Positions 38,428-48,396 of a stretch of DNA of 64,000 bases are shown in pieces. The notes beneath the pieces are model-generated. The model was not told where the DNA came from and did no database searches. It saw only the letters and a list, made by a program, of their open reading frames with translations. How positions within the stretch are numbered: position 1 is the first letter of the stretch; each line of letters begins with the position of its first letter. The DNA is from Candidatus Kerfeldbacteria bacterium (GTDB lineage: Bacteria > Patescibacteriota > Patescibacteriia > SBBC01). The stretch lies in assembly GCA_016207275.1 (NCBI GenBank), contig JACQPY010000012.1, forward strand, positions 1,706 to 65,705. Direction: 5' to 3'. Position numbers and translations under genes: made by a program.

Positions 38428-39735
38428 ATGGATGCCCCTCGATCGTCATCAGCTAACATCGAACAGCTTGATCTCCTTGACCAAGCGGTATTCAAGCAGA
38501 TGCAGGAGTACGTAGATTGGATTGTAATTTACGACTCAGCCGAAGACGCTTTCTTTATCGCTCGGGGTTTGCCGCGGGTGCTGGCGCAATATCCCCAGCT
38601 GACTGGCCGACCGTCGGAGCTGGCTTCGGGCTACGAGCGGATGTTGGCGGTGACGCGGGCCGCGGCTTTACCGCGGCTGAACGACGAAGAAATTATGACC
38701 TTGTTTCAGAAAGGGATTGTGACCGTCGCCCGCACTTCCGAGATTGACCTGATCGGAAAAATCACCGCCAAGTTGGTCCAAATCCCATGGGTTGAGGACC
38801 GAGACGAATACCGGAAGAAACTCCGTTTCGAACTGCGACAGAATAACGAATGGTTGACGCTTCAGAACATTCGGACGACTGCCGGCGTTGTTCCGCCAAC
38901 GGTCAAGGAGTGGATTTCGCTGGCCGAAAAATCCGCGTTCGAAAACGAGCCGCTGACCTCCGCGATTTTTACTAACAAAGTCTTTCAGGGTCTATCCAGA
39001 AACGAACAGATCGTGGTCCAGCGCATCCTGGCGATTGACGACTTTTTGTCGCTCTCGTCGGCCTCGCCCGAAGGCTTTGAACTCGCCACAACGGTAGTGG
39101 ACGAGAACGGACAGCGATTGGTATTCGAGGGCGGAGAAGTCCGTCCAGCGGCTGATCCGAAATCTGAGCAGCTCCTGAAGCAGTATTTTACCATCCGCCG
39201 TTCGATCGTTCAACTTCGTACCGCCCATGCCGCCGCCGACGAAGCTCGCTACGAACAACAGGAAGCGCTGCTGCAGCAAACCGGCTCGGACATGAACAAG
39301 GTGCTGCCAATGCTCAAGGACGCGCTGGTGCGTTCGGATTTGCCGCGCGTCGTGACCGCCACGATGGTGCTGGTTCGGGCCGGCGCAATCAAAGACGTGC
39401 TCAAAGACCAGGCAGTTCGTGATGGCCTAGTAACCAACCTACTCAAGCCACTGGCTGACCGCGCTGGCGTGCCGCTGGCCACGGTGCTGGCCAAGTTGAA
39501 CGCGAACGTTGATCAGCCGGTATACGTCGGCGCCTGCCTGCGCTGGTTGCTGGAAACGGCCTTCCCGGGCAACCCGGCTGAGGCCGCGCGGGTCGGCCAC
39601 CAAGCCGAGCAGCTGCTCGGCGCGCTCGGCAACACCAGCCTGACTGGCCTAACCTACTTTGACACGCGAGCAAACCAGTTTGCCTGGACGCCGATGCGGA
39701 TGAATCCGGACGGAATGCTGGTGTGGCAACGGTGA
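38428..39735 (+). CDS. hypothetical protein, N-terminal domain paralogous to 40572..42326
   Basis: 435 aa; RAAALPRLNDEEIMTLF, TVKEWISL. Confidence 0.8.
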   Translation: MDAPRSSSANIEQLDLLDQAVFKQMQEYVDWIVIYDSAEDAFFIARGLPRVLAQYPQLTGRPSELASGYERMLAVTRAAALPRLNDEEIMTLFQKGIVTVARTSEIDLIGKITAKLVQIPWVEDRDEYRKKLRFELRQNNEWLTLQNIRTTAGVVPPTVKEWISLAEKSAFENEPLTSAIFTNKVFQGLSRNEQIVVQRILAIDDFLSLSSASPEGFELATTVVDENGQRLVFEGGEVRPAADPKSEQLLKQYFTIRRSIVQLRTAHAAADEARYEQQEALLQQTGSDMNKVLPMLKDALVRSDLPRVVTATMVLVRAGAIKDVLKDQAVRDGLVTNLLKPLADRAGVPLATVLAKLNANVDQPVYVGACLRWLLETAFPGNPAEAARVGHQAEQLLGALGNTSLTGLTYFDTRANQFAWTPMRMNPDGMLVWQR

Positions 39736-39738
39736 GGT

Positions 39739-40038
39739 ATGAGGTTCACGGTGCCTCGTCCGGCCAACACCACGGTAGCCGTCCAACGCTGCGGCTACGC
39801 TCGCTTCCGCGATCCGCGGACCGGGCAAGAAAGCTACACACTGCGGTTAGGTTCGGGATTTTATCCACGATGGCACTTGTATGCGGAAGAACGTGCTGAT
39901 GAGCTGGTGTTGAATTTGCACTTGGACCAGAAAAAACCGTCATACGGTGTTGGCCACGCGCATAGTGGCGAGTACGAAGGCGCGATTGTTGAAACAGAGA
40001 CTTTACGTTTGAAATCACTTTTGAACAACAGGAGTTAA
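39739..40038 (+). CDS. hypothetical protein
   Basis: 99 aa, 3 nt after the upstream stop; YPRWHLY, LNLHLDQKKPSY, HAHSGEY. Confidence 0.75.
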   Translation: MRFTVPRPANTTVAVQRCGYARFRDPRTGQESYTLRLGSGFYPRWHLYAEERADELVLNLHLDQKKPSYGVGHAHSGEYEGAIVETETLRLKSLLNNRS

Positions 40039-40138
40039 GAAAATTATCCTTGCTTGATAGGCAGACCGCGGCAATTCCACAAGTTATCCAAAAAGTTTCG
40101 AGGCCCTGATCACTTCGTATCAAGGCCTCGATTGGCAT

Positions 40139-40327
40139 CTAATAGCCTGACTCAATTACTGCTCCAGCGGTGCCGATTATTTCTCCACAACTCTTGCAGA
40201 AGATGATGAAAACGAAATCCTCTCGTTTTCCCCCCGGTGCGCGGAGCGGAAACTCCCGGCCAATGTCCTTGTAATCGAATTCTATTCCTTCACATTCCGG
40301 ACACCTCGGCTCTTCCACTTTACTCAC
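40139..40327 (-). CDS. small zinc-ribbon protein
   Basis: CPEC...CKSC; AGGAGGT SD; upstream TTGACT-16 bp-TATACT (40424-40451, minus strand). Confidence 0.6.
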   Translation of the reverse strand: MSKVEEPRCPECEGIEFDYKDIGREFPLRAPGGKREDFVFIIFCKSCGEIIGTAGAVIESGY

Positions 40328-40571
40328 CTCCTTAAGGAACGAACCCTAGCTGGTAATTGAGCATCCTTTTGGCCAATTAGTATTTTAGTATTATTGAAGG
40401 AACTACTCTCGAACGAACAGGGAAGTATATAAGTTTGTACAAAAAAGTCAAGGTACTTCTCGACTCGGTCGCTAACGCGCCCTCGCTCGAAGAGCAAGCT
40501 TTTTTCTAACAAATCCACCGTTTTCAGGACGGCTGATTTATGGTATACTATAGCCACTTTTCCGCTACACC

Positions 40572-42326
40572 ATGATCGATTTTGTTGAGCTTGAGCAGTT
40601 GGATTTCCGGGGAGGGGATGCCCTTACCAAACTTGATGATGTACTGTCCGAGGTCGCGGCCTATGCCGAGGCCCGAACCGCAGTCCAGGTGGCGCAGATC
40701 TTGCAACGCCAGCGGCAGGCCGATCCCGAACTGGCCAGAACGATTGATCCGTACCTGATTAAATTTCGCGCCCTGGCCTTGCCGCTGCTGACTGACCGCG
40801 AAATTTTAGCCATGTTCGACCAGTTGGTTACCATCGTCGCCGACGAGCGGATCGGCCTGTACGAGCGGCTGCGGGCCAGGTTGCTGGCCCTGCCCGTAAC
40901 GCGTCGGACCACCCTGGCGCAGCAGATTCTGGGCGTACTTCGGCAGAGTCGCCAGCCCTTAGGGTCAGACACGGTCGGTTCCTGGATCCAGCTCTTCGAA
41001 GCACGAGGCGGACAGCGCAGTCCACAGGCCTTGTTCCAACTGCCGGAGTTTAAACGCCTGAATGACCAGGACGACCACAGCCTGCGTCACATCGTCCACG
41101 TGGTTAGCTTGCTGGCTTCGCCCGAGACGATTGAGCTAGCCGTGCCGCCACCGGTACCAACGGCTGAATCGGCCCCGACGGCGACCGCGGTTCCGCCGGC
41201 GCCGCCAGCCAACCTGCCAGTCGCCCCCGCTCCAGCTGACGTCCCGGTCGGGGCGGCGCCGGTCCTGAGGCCGAGCAGGGTTGAACCCCCGGCCGCTCGG
41301 CCGCCGCCGCTTTCCCGCACTGATCACGGGCCGACGATGGCCTCGGTCATGGCCCGACTGCAGCAGTCGCAGCAGGCGACGGCCGCGATCCCGCCGACGG
41401 TCGCCCACCTGACGCCGGACGATGAGCAGGAAATCCGGCAGCAGGCTGACGTCTTAGCCGGATTGCCAGCCGGTCCGAATGTCCACGACGTGGTCGCCGA
41501 CGCGATTAACCGTTTGATCCGCGAAAACAATTTGATCTTCACCGACGACAACCTGCGACGACGGTTCGTGACCATCATGACGGCGCGGATCAAAGACATC
41601 CGAACTTCGAACGAGACCATTGAACTACTGGTCCGGGCGGAGAAAATAGGCGGTTTGGGTTTTGAATCAACGCTGGCCGATAAGCTGGTCGCCGCCGCCA
41701 GCCTGGAAGCCGCTCGCTTCCATAACCACGACGAAGTCCGACGCCTGGTCACCCAGCAAGCCGTTAAGCAGTCGTCGCCGCTGCCGTCACCGCCGCGGGT
41801 ACCGGCCGCCCCGCCGCCGTCGAGCGCGCCGCTGACCGCGCCGGTTCCGCTTCGCGCCACCATGCCGACGCCACCACCGTCACGGCCGTCGCCGGCACTC
41901 GAGCCGACCGCAGCGGTTCTGACCCCGCCGCTGCCGACCGCCGCTACTAGGCCGGCCCAGCCGGAACGGGCAACGGTGGCAGATATTCGCGGCCGGTCGC
42001 GTCTGGTCGGACCGGTGGAAGAGTTGCGCGGTCTGACCGTGGTCGATTTCCGACGTCTCGGTGCTGATCCGGTGGCCTGCGTTCGGCGGGTCTACGAAAA
42101 AATCCAACAGCTGGCTCGCGAATCGTTCACCAAGCGAGCCGACGGTATCAAAGCCTGGCGCGAATCAGAACCCCATCGCCTGTACGTCGCCATGGGTCAA
42201 CAGGGTTTACTGTCGTCGAAATCGGTCCGCGAGGTCCTGTATGCTCGACAGCAAGCCGGCCAAGCAGCTTTGACCGAACAGGAGTTTACCTTGATCGCCG
42301 ATCTCAATCGTAAACTCAGATTCTAG
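40572..42326 (+). CDS. hypothetical protein with Pro-rich linkers, T4SS-associated
   Basis: 584 aa; two Pro/Ala-rich linkers; LVGPVEELR; abuts prgI-like gene. Confidence 0.8.
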   Translation: MIDFVELEQLDFRGGDALTKLDDVLSEVAAYAEARTAVQVAQILQRQRQADPELARTIDPYLIKFRALALPLLTDREILAMFDQLVTIVADERIGLYERLRARLLALPVTRRTTLAQQILGVLRQSRQPLGSDTVGSWIQLFEARGGQRSPQALFQLPEFKRLNDQDDHSLRHIVHVVSLLASPETIELAVPPPVPTAESAPTATAVPPAPPANLPVAPAPADVPVGAAPVLRPSRVEPPAARPPPLSRTDHGPTMASVMARLQQSQQATAAIPPTVAHLTPDDEQEIRQQADVLAGLPAGPNVHDVVADAINRLIRENNLIFTDDNLRRRFVTIMTARIKDIRTSNETIELLVRAEKIGGLGFESTLADKLVAAASLEAARFHNHDEVRRLVTQQAVKQSSPLPSPPRVPAAPPPSSAPLTAPVPLRATMPTPPPSRPSPALEPTAAVLTPPLPTAATRPAQPERATVADIRGRSRLVGPVEELRGLTVVDFRRLGADPVACVRRVYEKIQQLARESFTKRADGIKAWRESEPHRLYVAMGQQGLLSSKSVREVLYARQQAGQAALTEQEFTLIADLNRKLRF

Positions 42327-42328
42327 CC

Positions 42329-42841
42329 ATGCCGCAGTTTATCGTCCCGCAGTTCATCGATGTCGAGGACAAAATCATTGGTCCGATCTCGGTCCGCCAA
42401 TTCCTGACTTTCCTGGTCGGGGCCGCGCTCATTTTTGCCAACTATCAGATTGTCTACAAAGTTTTGTACCCCAATTTCTGGGTTTTTGCCATTAGTTCAA
42501 TCTTCATTTTCGCCGTGGCCGGCACCTTTGCCTTTTTGAAAATAAACGGCCGAACCTTCCACTACTTTCTACTCAACTTATTTGTCACTATGCAAAAGCC
42601 GCGGCTACGAGTCTGGAATAAACGACTGCGCCGCAGCGATTTCCTCACCAAGGAAGAAGCGGTTGAGATCGCCGCCCCCCTACCGGTCAAAGCACCCCTG
42701 ACCATGCGCAAGCTGACCGAGCTGTCGTTGATCGTCGATACCGGCGGCGCCTACCGCGAAGAGCTTCCCGAAGAGTCCACCCCGCCGTCCACAACCACTA
42801 AACCCGGCACGGTCACTGACATCTTCGCCGACCTCGCCTAG
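42329..42841 (+). CDS. PrgI family (VirB3-like) membrane protein
   Basis: MPQFIVPQFIDVEDKIIGPISVRQF; two TM helices. Confidence 0.88.
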   Translation: MPQFIVPQFIDVEDKIIGPISVRQFLTFLVGAALIFANYQIVYKVLYPNFWVFAISSIFIFAVAGTFAFLKINGRTFHYFLLNLFVTMQKPRLRVWNKRLRRSDFLTKEEAVEIAAPLPVKAPLTMRKLTELSLIVDTGGAYREELPEESTPPSTTTKPGTVTDIFADLA

Positions 42842-42845
42842 CGAT

Positions 42846-43547
42846 ATGGTCAAAACGAAAGTCGTCAAACCGAAACCCAGCGTCAAAATTCAGAAGAAAG
42901 CTGAGTCGACTCAACGGTACCTCGACATCCTCGAGATTAAAGATGACGTGGTCGTGCTCAAGGATGGTTCGGTCCGCGCGGTCGTCTTGGTCGCATCGAT
43001 TAACTTCGACCTGAAGAGCGAGGAAGAGCAAGCGGCGGTCATTTCCAGCTACGTCCAGTTTCTCAACGCGATTGATTTTCCCCTCCAGATCGTAGTCCAA
43101 TCGCGCAAGCTCAACATTGACAGCTACTTGGATAAACTCAAGGACCTCGAAAAGCAGCAAACCAACGAGCTGCTGAAGCAACAAACGGTTGAGTACCGCC
43201 AATACATTCAAGAGTTGGTCGAAATCGCCGACATCATGACTAAGCGATTTTACGTGGTGGTGCCGTACTCGGAACAGTCGGGACGACCAAAGAGGTTCTG
43301 GTCGCGAGCGGTCGACGCTTTTTCGCCGACCAACGTGATCCACCTCAAACAGAAGAAGTTTGAAGAGTTCCGGACCGAGCTCTTCAAGCGGGTCGAGTAC
43401 GTCATCGACGGCCTGGCTTCGGCCGGGCTAAAATCGGCGGTGCTCGATACCCAGAGCTTGATCGAGCTGTACTACAACACCTACAACCCCGAGACCTCGG
43501 CTGAACAGCATTTGGTTGAGGTCGGGAAGATCCAATTAGAAGCTTAG
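42846..43547 (+). CDS. TraC/VirB4 N-terminal-like accessory protein
   Basis: STQRYLDILEIKDDVVVLKDG, SINFDLKSEEEQ, FPLQIVVQSR; lies between prgI and virB4. Confidence 0.78.
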   Translation: MVKTKVVKPKPSVKIQKKAESTQRYLDILEIKDDVVVLKDGSVRAVVLVASINFDLKSEEEQAAVISSYVQFLNAIDFPLQIVVQSRKLNIDSYLDKLKDLEKQQTNELLKQQTVEYRQYIQELVEIADIMTKRFYVVVPYSEQSGRPKRFWSRAVDAFSPTNVIHLKQKKFEEFRTELFKRVEYVIDGLASAGLKSAVLDTQSLIELYYNTYNPETSAEQHLVEVGKIQLEA

Positions 43548-43655
43548 AGCTTGTAGCGGTTAGCTTTTAGGGACCCATCGAATAACCACTTGCCTGATGA
43601 AAATTAATCACTCTTCGCTACCGCTACCAGCTACCAGCTAAAAGCTATCAGCTTC
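43543..43655. repeat. inverted pair of short-repeat arms with no gene between them
   Basis: GCTTGTAGCGGTTAGCTTTTAG ... CTACCGCTACCAGCTACCAGCTAAAAGCTATCAGCT. Confidence 0.6.
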
Positions 43656-43662
43656 TTCAACC

Positions 43663-45564
43663 ATGGCTGACATCAACCTATCCAAACTTAAAGCTGGTCA
43701 GACCCTGCCGACCAAGCAGGAAATCCAGCGTGAACGACCGCCGGCGCCGGTCAGCGCCGCCGAGCTGATCGAGGCCGAGCGGATCTACCGTCGCGGCGTC
43801 ATTTCAGTCCGTGACCTAATCGCCCCGGCGGCCCTGCGCGTCGATACCAACTTCATTCAGCTTGGCGCCAAGCACGTTCGGACCCTGTTTGTCGTGACCT
43901 ACCCGCGTTACATTGCGGTCGGCTGGTTTGCGCCGATCATCAACTTCAATTCGCCGCTTGACATCGGCATGTTCTTCTACCCGGTCGAGTCGAAAATCAT
44001 TTTGAAGCAGCTGAAGAACAAGGTTGGTGCGCTCGAGGCGCAAATCCTGTCCGACGCCGAGAAGGGCGCGCCGCGTGACCCGATCCGCGAGACGGCGCTG
44101 CGCGATATCGAGAAGCTGCGCGACGACCTGACCCAAGGCACCGAGCGGTTTTTCCAGTTCGCCCTCTACGTTACGCTCTACGCCAACTCGCGCGACGAGC
44201 TCGATCGCTTGACCGAAAAGATCGAGGGCTTGTTCGGCTCGCGGTTGGTCTACAGCAAGCGGGCGTTATTCCAGGCAGAGCAAGGATTTGTCTCGACCGT
44301 GCCGCTCGGCCTTGACCAACTACTGGTCACCTTCAACATGAACTCCAGCCCGGTGGCCAGTTCGTTCCCCTTCATCTCCAGCGACTTGACCAGCGACAAC
44401 GGCATTCTCTACGGCATTAACCGACACAACAACTCGTTGATTCTGTTCGATCGGTTTAGCTTGCAGAACGCCAATTTTACGGTTTTTGCCACCTCGGGCG
44501 CCGGCAAGAGTTACGCGGTTAAGTTAGAAATTCTCCGTTCGATGATGTTCGGCACTGATATGATTGTCATCGATCCGGAGAACGAGTACAAGTATTTATC
44601 GGACGCGGTTGGCGGTACCTACGTCAGCATTTCGCTTAACTCCGATTCGAAAATCAACCCGTTTGACTTGCCGCGAGCCGTCCACGGCGATGAAAAGCCG
44701 GCCGACATCATCCGCTCCGCGGTCATTACCCTGAAATCGCTCATTCGCTTGATGCTGGGCGAGCTGACTAACGAAGAAGATTCGATCATTGATCGAGCGC
44801 TGTTAGAAACCTACGCCAAGAAAGACATCACCCCGGACAGTGACCTGGCGACGGTTGAACCGCCACTGATGAAGGACTTTGAAGAGGTCCTGGCCGGCAT
44901 GGTCGGGGCGGAAAATCTGGTCCAGCGGCTGAAGAAGTACACCGAAGGCACCTTTGCCGGCTTGTTCAACAGCCCAACCAACGTCGAGGTCAACAACCAG
45001 CTGATGGTTTTCTCGGTTCGGGATTTGGAAGACGAGCTGCGGTCGATCGGCATTTCGATGATTGTCAGCTACATTTGGAACGTCGCCCGCTCCAAGCTCA
45101 AGAAGCGCATTCTGACGATTGATGAGGCTTGGTGGCTGATGCAGAACGAAGATTCGGCCAAGTTCATCTACTCGCTGGTCAAGCGGGCCCGTAAGTACTA
45201 CCTCGGCGTGACCACCATCACCCAGGACGTCAATGATTTCCTCCGCTCGCCCTACGGTCAGGCGATCGTCAACAACTCGGCCTTGCAGCTGTTGATGAAG
45301 CAGTCGCCGGCCGGCATCGATATTGTGGCCAAAACCTTTTTGCTGACCCAGAGCGAGCGCTACCTCTTGCTCGAAGCTGGCGTCGGCGAGGGGATCTTCT
45401 TTGCCGGCGCCAAGCACGCCGCCATCAAGGTGGTGGCCAGTTACACCGAGGATCAAGTGATTACCTCCGACCCGCGGCAGCTGCTGGAGATCGAGGAAGC
45501 CAAGAAGGAGTTTGAAGAGTCGCTGGCCCGCGGTGAGGTTCCAACCACCGCCGATGTCCGCTGA
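43663..45564 (+). CDS. VirB4-like type IV secretion/conjugation ATPase
   Basis: Walker A ATSGAGKS, VIDPENEY, INPFD, Walker B LTIDEAW, KRARKY, TQDVNDF. Confidence 0.92.
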   Translation: MADINLSKLKAGQTLPTKQEIQRERPPAPVSAAELIEAERIYRRGVISVRDLIAPAALRVDTNFIQLGAKHVRTLFVVTYPRYIAVGWFAPIINFNSPLDIGMFFYPVESKIILKQLKNKVGALEAQILSDAEKGAPRDPIRETALRDIEKLRDDLTQGTERFFQFALYVTLYANSRDELDRLTEKIEGLFGSRLVYSKRALFQAEQGFVSTVPLGLDQLLVTFNMNSSPVASSFPFISSDLTSDNGILYGINRHNNSLILFDRFSLQNANFTVFATSGAGKSYAVKLEILRSMMFGTDMIVIDPENEYKYLSDAVGGTYVSISLNSDSKINPFDLPRAVHGDEKPADIIRSAVITLKSLIRLMLGELTNEEDSIIDRALLETYAKKDITPDSDLATVEPPLMKDFEEVLAGMVGAENLVQRLKKYTEGTFAGLFNSPTNVEVNNQLMVFSVRDLEDELRSIGISMIVSYIWNVARSKLKKRILTIDEAWWLMQNEDSAKFIYSLVKRARKYYLGVTTITQDVNDFLRSPYGQAIVNNSALQLLMKQSPAGIDIVAKTFLLTQSERYLLLEAGVGEGIFFAGAKHAAIKVVASYTEDQVITSDPRQLLEIEEAKKEFEESLARGEVPTTADVR

Positions 45565-45640
45565 TCCCGTTAGAAAGCCTTTCGCTACAACGAGAAATAG
45601 TCGACTCTTATGAAACAACACAGGCTGACTTTCTAACGGG

Positions 45641-46183
45641 ATGATGCGACGCTGGCTGATTATCAGCGCGTTGTTGGCGGCGGCGGGAGCGGCGGCGCTG
45701 GTCGTCGTGCGACAGCCGAAGACCGGCCCGGCGACGAATACGGCGCCGATTTCTACGGTCAACCGAACAGTCATCCCTGAAAACACCAACGCCGAACCCG
45801 CGCCAACGACCGACCAACTTTTAGCCACGGCGCGAGTTTTTGCCGAGCGGTTCGGTTCGACCTCGAGCGACGCGCCGACCGCGCACCTCCAGGCTGTCCT
45901 ACCGTTTTGCAGCTCCGCTTTGACCCAGTCATTTCGCCGATTAATCAACCAGCCGACCAACTCGCCGGGCAACGCCACCCGTACGACCAGTCGTGCCTTG
46001 GCTTTCGCAACGCCGTCGGTCGATGAACGGCTTGGGTTAGCGGAGGTGGTAGTTACGCTTCAGCGGCAGGAGCAAATCGGGACTGAACCAGCGACGATTT
46101 ACAACCAAGAGCTGGCGCTCCAGTTCGTTCGCGAAAGCGGCGCCTGGAAAGTGAACGTCGCGACCTGGGGTAAGCAATCGTAA
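45641..46183 (+). CDS. single-pass membrane protein, VirB8/TcpC-like (NTF2 fold) candidate
   Basis: N-terminal TM; ARVFAERFGS; C-terminal LQFVRESGAWKV; follows virB4. Confidence 0.55.
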   Translation: MMRRWLIISALLAAAGAAALVVVRQPKTGPATNTAPISTVNRTVIPENTNAEPAPTTDQLLATARVFAERFGSTSSDAPTAHLQAVLPFCSSALTQSFRRLINQPTNSPGNATRTTSRALAFATPSVDERLGLAEVVVTLQRQEQIGTEPATIYNQELALQFVRESGAWKVNVATWGKQS

Positions 46184-46189
46184 CGTCGC

Positions 46190-46894
46190 ATGGCAGTCAA
46201 AGCCTCCAACCCGAAGCAAGCGATCAAGGAACAAGAACGTCGGTTCCGCGAAGAAACGCGGCGCCTGCGTCAGGAGCCAGCCACCGGCAGCGAGGGGTAC
46301 ACTAACGTCTACCTTAAAGAACCTGTCGAGCCCGAAGAGGAGCAGCCAGCCGATGATCAAGCTTCCGGCCAAGTTTCCACAGCTCGATTTCCTCGGCGGC
46401 AGTCGTTCCGGCCAGCCAGCGTTGAAGAAGAACCTTCGCCCACCCCCAAAACAAGCGGCCAGACCGGGCCAGGCCAAGGACCTGAGCCTGCACCCACCGC
46501 CGCTGAGCCGAGCGGACGGACTTCAACTGAGCAGCTGTCTCGCGGCGCCCAGTTTGCCGAGCGAACCAGGGCTTTGCAACAAGCGGCCGGCACGGCTCAG
46601 CAAGCGGCTCAGACTGAGCGTACGGTGGCAGCGACTGCCCGCGGAATAGCGGCGACTGCCCGGGGCGCCGCAGCGGTAGGACGGGGCATCGCCTTACTTT
46701 TCTCTCCACCAACCTGGCCGGTCTGGATCGGCGTGCTGATCGCCGCCAGCATCTTTTTCGTCGTCCTCTTGGTGCTGGCCGCGGCCTGCATTCCACTCGG
46801 CACCGGCGAAGGATTGACCGAAAAAGCTGCGCTGGGGAGCGCCATCCTGAGCCTGCGATTGGCGCTGGGAATTGATTGCGGCGGGTCGCCATGA
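46190..46894 (+). CDS. hypothetical membrane protein with a disordered N-terminus
   Basis: 234 aa; AATARG repeats and a C-terminal TM. Confidence 0.7.
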   Translation: MAVKASNPKQAIKEQERRFREETRRLRQEPATGSEGYTNVYLKEPVEPEEEQPADDQASGQVSTARFPRRQSFRPASVEEEPSPTPKTSGQTGPGQGPEPAPTAAEPSGRTSTEQLSRGAQFAERTRALQQAAGTAQQAAQTERTVAATARGIAATARGAAAVGRGIALLFSPPTWPVWIGVLIAASIFFVVLLVLAAACIPLGTGEGLTEKAALGSAILSLRLALGIDCGGSP

Positions 46895-48381
46895 AACGCA
46901 ACCGCGCGGTTAGCCTGATCCTCGCCGCGGTAGCGTGGTCAGCCTTGATCACAACGGTCAGCGCCCAGATCCGCCCGGCCGAACTTGATGCTGGCGACGG
47001 CGCCGGCACTACCGCCCCGCAGCTGGTTGACTTCGGCTCTTGCACGTACCAAACCGACGATGGCCGGGAGTCGTGCGTCAATAACGTGACCGCCACCGAT
47101 TGCGCCAAAAGAAAGGGAGGCCAGTTCGCCGCCCTGACCAGCTGCCGGCTGACCTTCACGCCGAACGTGCCGATTCCGGGATTGTTTGAGGGGACGCAGC
47201 GCGTTGATGAAACGCTGCTCGGTCGGTACATCAGCGGCTTCTACGTTTTCTTCGCCGGCGTGGCCGGGATTTTGGCGGTGGTGATGATGATGTGGGGCGG
47301 TTTCCACTACATTACGGCCGCCGGCAACCCGCAGCGGATGAACGAAGGCAAGAGCATCATTAGCGGCGCAATCATCGGACTGATCCTAGTGCTCATCTCG
47401 TACCTGTTGCTGAACGCCATTAATCCGCGGTTGATTCAGTTCCAGGTGCCGAGCTTACGGTACATTCCGCAAATTTTGGTGGCCGATCAGTACTGTGAAG
47501 CGCAGGGGCCGAAAGCCATTGCCGCCGCTCAGCAGGCCGGGGCCGAGTGCGGCGACTACGTTGATTACGAAGACAACGGCGTTCGACGGACGTGCATTTC
47601 CTTGTACATTCCCGGTCAGATAGCCTTACCCTGGGACCAGCAGCTGGCTTGCTTCCCACGGGTAGGAATTGACAAAGTCACCGACCCCAGCGGCAAAACC
47701 TCGACCAGTACGCACACCGTCTACGAACGGCGGAAAGCGGCGGGCAAAGACGGCGTTTGCGAAAACAATAACTACACCGCTGACGATCGGTGTGTTTATA
47801 CGCAGCGGATTCTCGGTTTGCAAACGTGGCTGGCCGGAGCGTGTAAAAAGGCGAAGTATGAAACCAAAATAACAGCTCCAAGTCAGGGAAAGGATATTTG
47901 TCACTACACCAAGTTTTTGTTTTGCCCGACCAGCGATTCGGAACAGGTGCGGTGTGATGCGGGGGTGCGCACACGCGAGACGGACTGCTGGAGTGGTGGG
48001 AAGCCTAGAGAGATGACTTCTGCTCCAACCGCCTTTTCCGGTTTGACCGCTGTTTGTCGAGATCCCAACGTCGGCACCCGGCCAATCGAATTAATCGACG
48101 GTATCTGTTGTCAGGCTAACCTAAAACGCGATATATTTTGTACGAGTCGAGAAGTTGAAGATACCGTTGAGTTGTCGACAGAAGAGTGTGCCGCTCTCAG
48201 TGCCGATGCGGGTACGCCGTTTGCCCAAGTGTGTTACACTGAACGCCTCGGTGACCGGGGAACGATTCGAAGGATCTGTGAGGACGTCGTTACCCGATGC
48301 GATTTACCGAAGAAATGCAAGGCGCGAATCGATTTCATTTTTGTCAACACCGACCCGCCGGGCTCCCCGCTGTTCAAATAA
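46891..48381 (+). CDS. VirB2/TrbC-like pilin-domain protein with a Cys-rich C-terminal domain
   Basis: signal peptide; GVAGILAVVMMMWGGFHYITAAGN...AIIGLILVLISYLLLNAINP. Confidence 0.78.
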   Translation: MKRNRAVSLILAAVAWSALITTVSAQIRPAELDAGDGAGTTAPQLVDFGSCTYQTDDGRESCVNNVTATDCAKRKGGQFAALTSCRLTFTPNVPIPGLFEGTQRVDETLLGRYISGFYVFFAGVAGILAVVMMMWGGFHYITAAGNPQRMNEGKSIISGAIIGLILVLISYLLLNAINPRLIQFQVPSLRYIPQILVADQYCEAQGPKAIAAAQQAGAECGDYVDYEDNGVRRTCISLYIPGQIALPWDQQLACFPRVGIDKVTDPSGKTSTSTHTVYERRKAAGKDGVCENNNYTADDRCVYTQRILGLQTWLAGACKKAKYETKITAPSQGKDICHYTKFLFCPTSDSEQVRCDAGVRTRETDCWSGGKPREMTSAPTAFSGLTAVCRDPNVGTRPIELIDGICCQANLKRDIFCTSREVEDTVELSTEECAALSADAGTPFAQVCYTERLGDRGTIRRICEDVVTRCDLPKKCKARIDFIFVNTDPPGSPLFK

Positions 48382-48396
48382 TCCTGCCCCTTCACC

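Noticed and set aside
40074-40095. DnaA-box-like words (TTATCCAAA; also ATATCCACA near 4400)
   Set aside because: Isolated imperfect matches with no cluster or dnaA context, so not called as oriC
42329-45564. Integrative conjugative element or plasmid
   Set aside because: No relaxase, coupling protein, integrase or att repeats were recognised; flanks are core genes
44803-46477. Long antisense ORFs (e.g. 44803..45978; also 46314..47231, 21258..22145, 5462..6217)
   Set aside because: Shadow frames of GC-rich genes with recognisable products on the opposite strand
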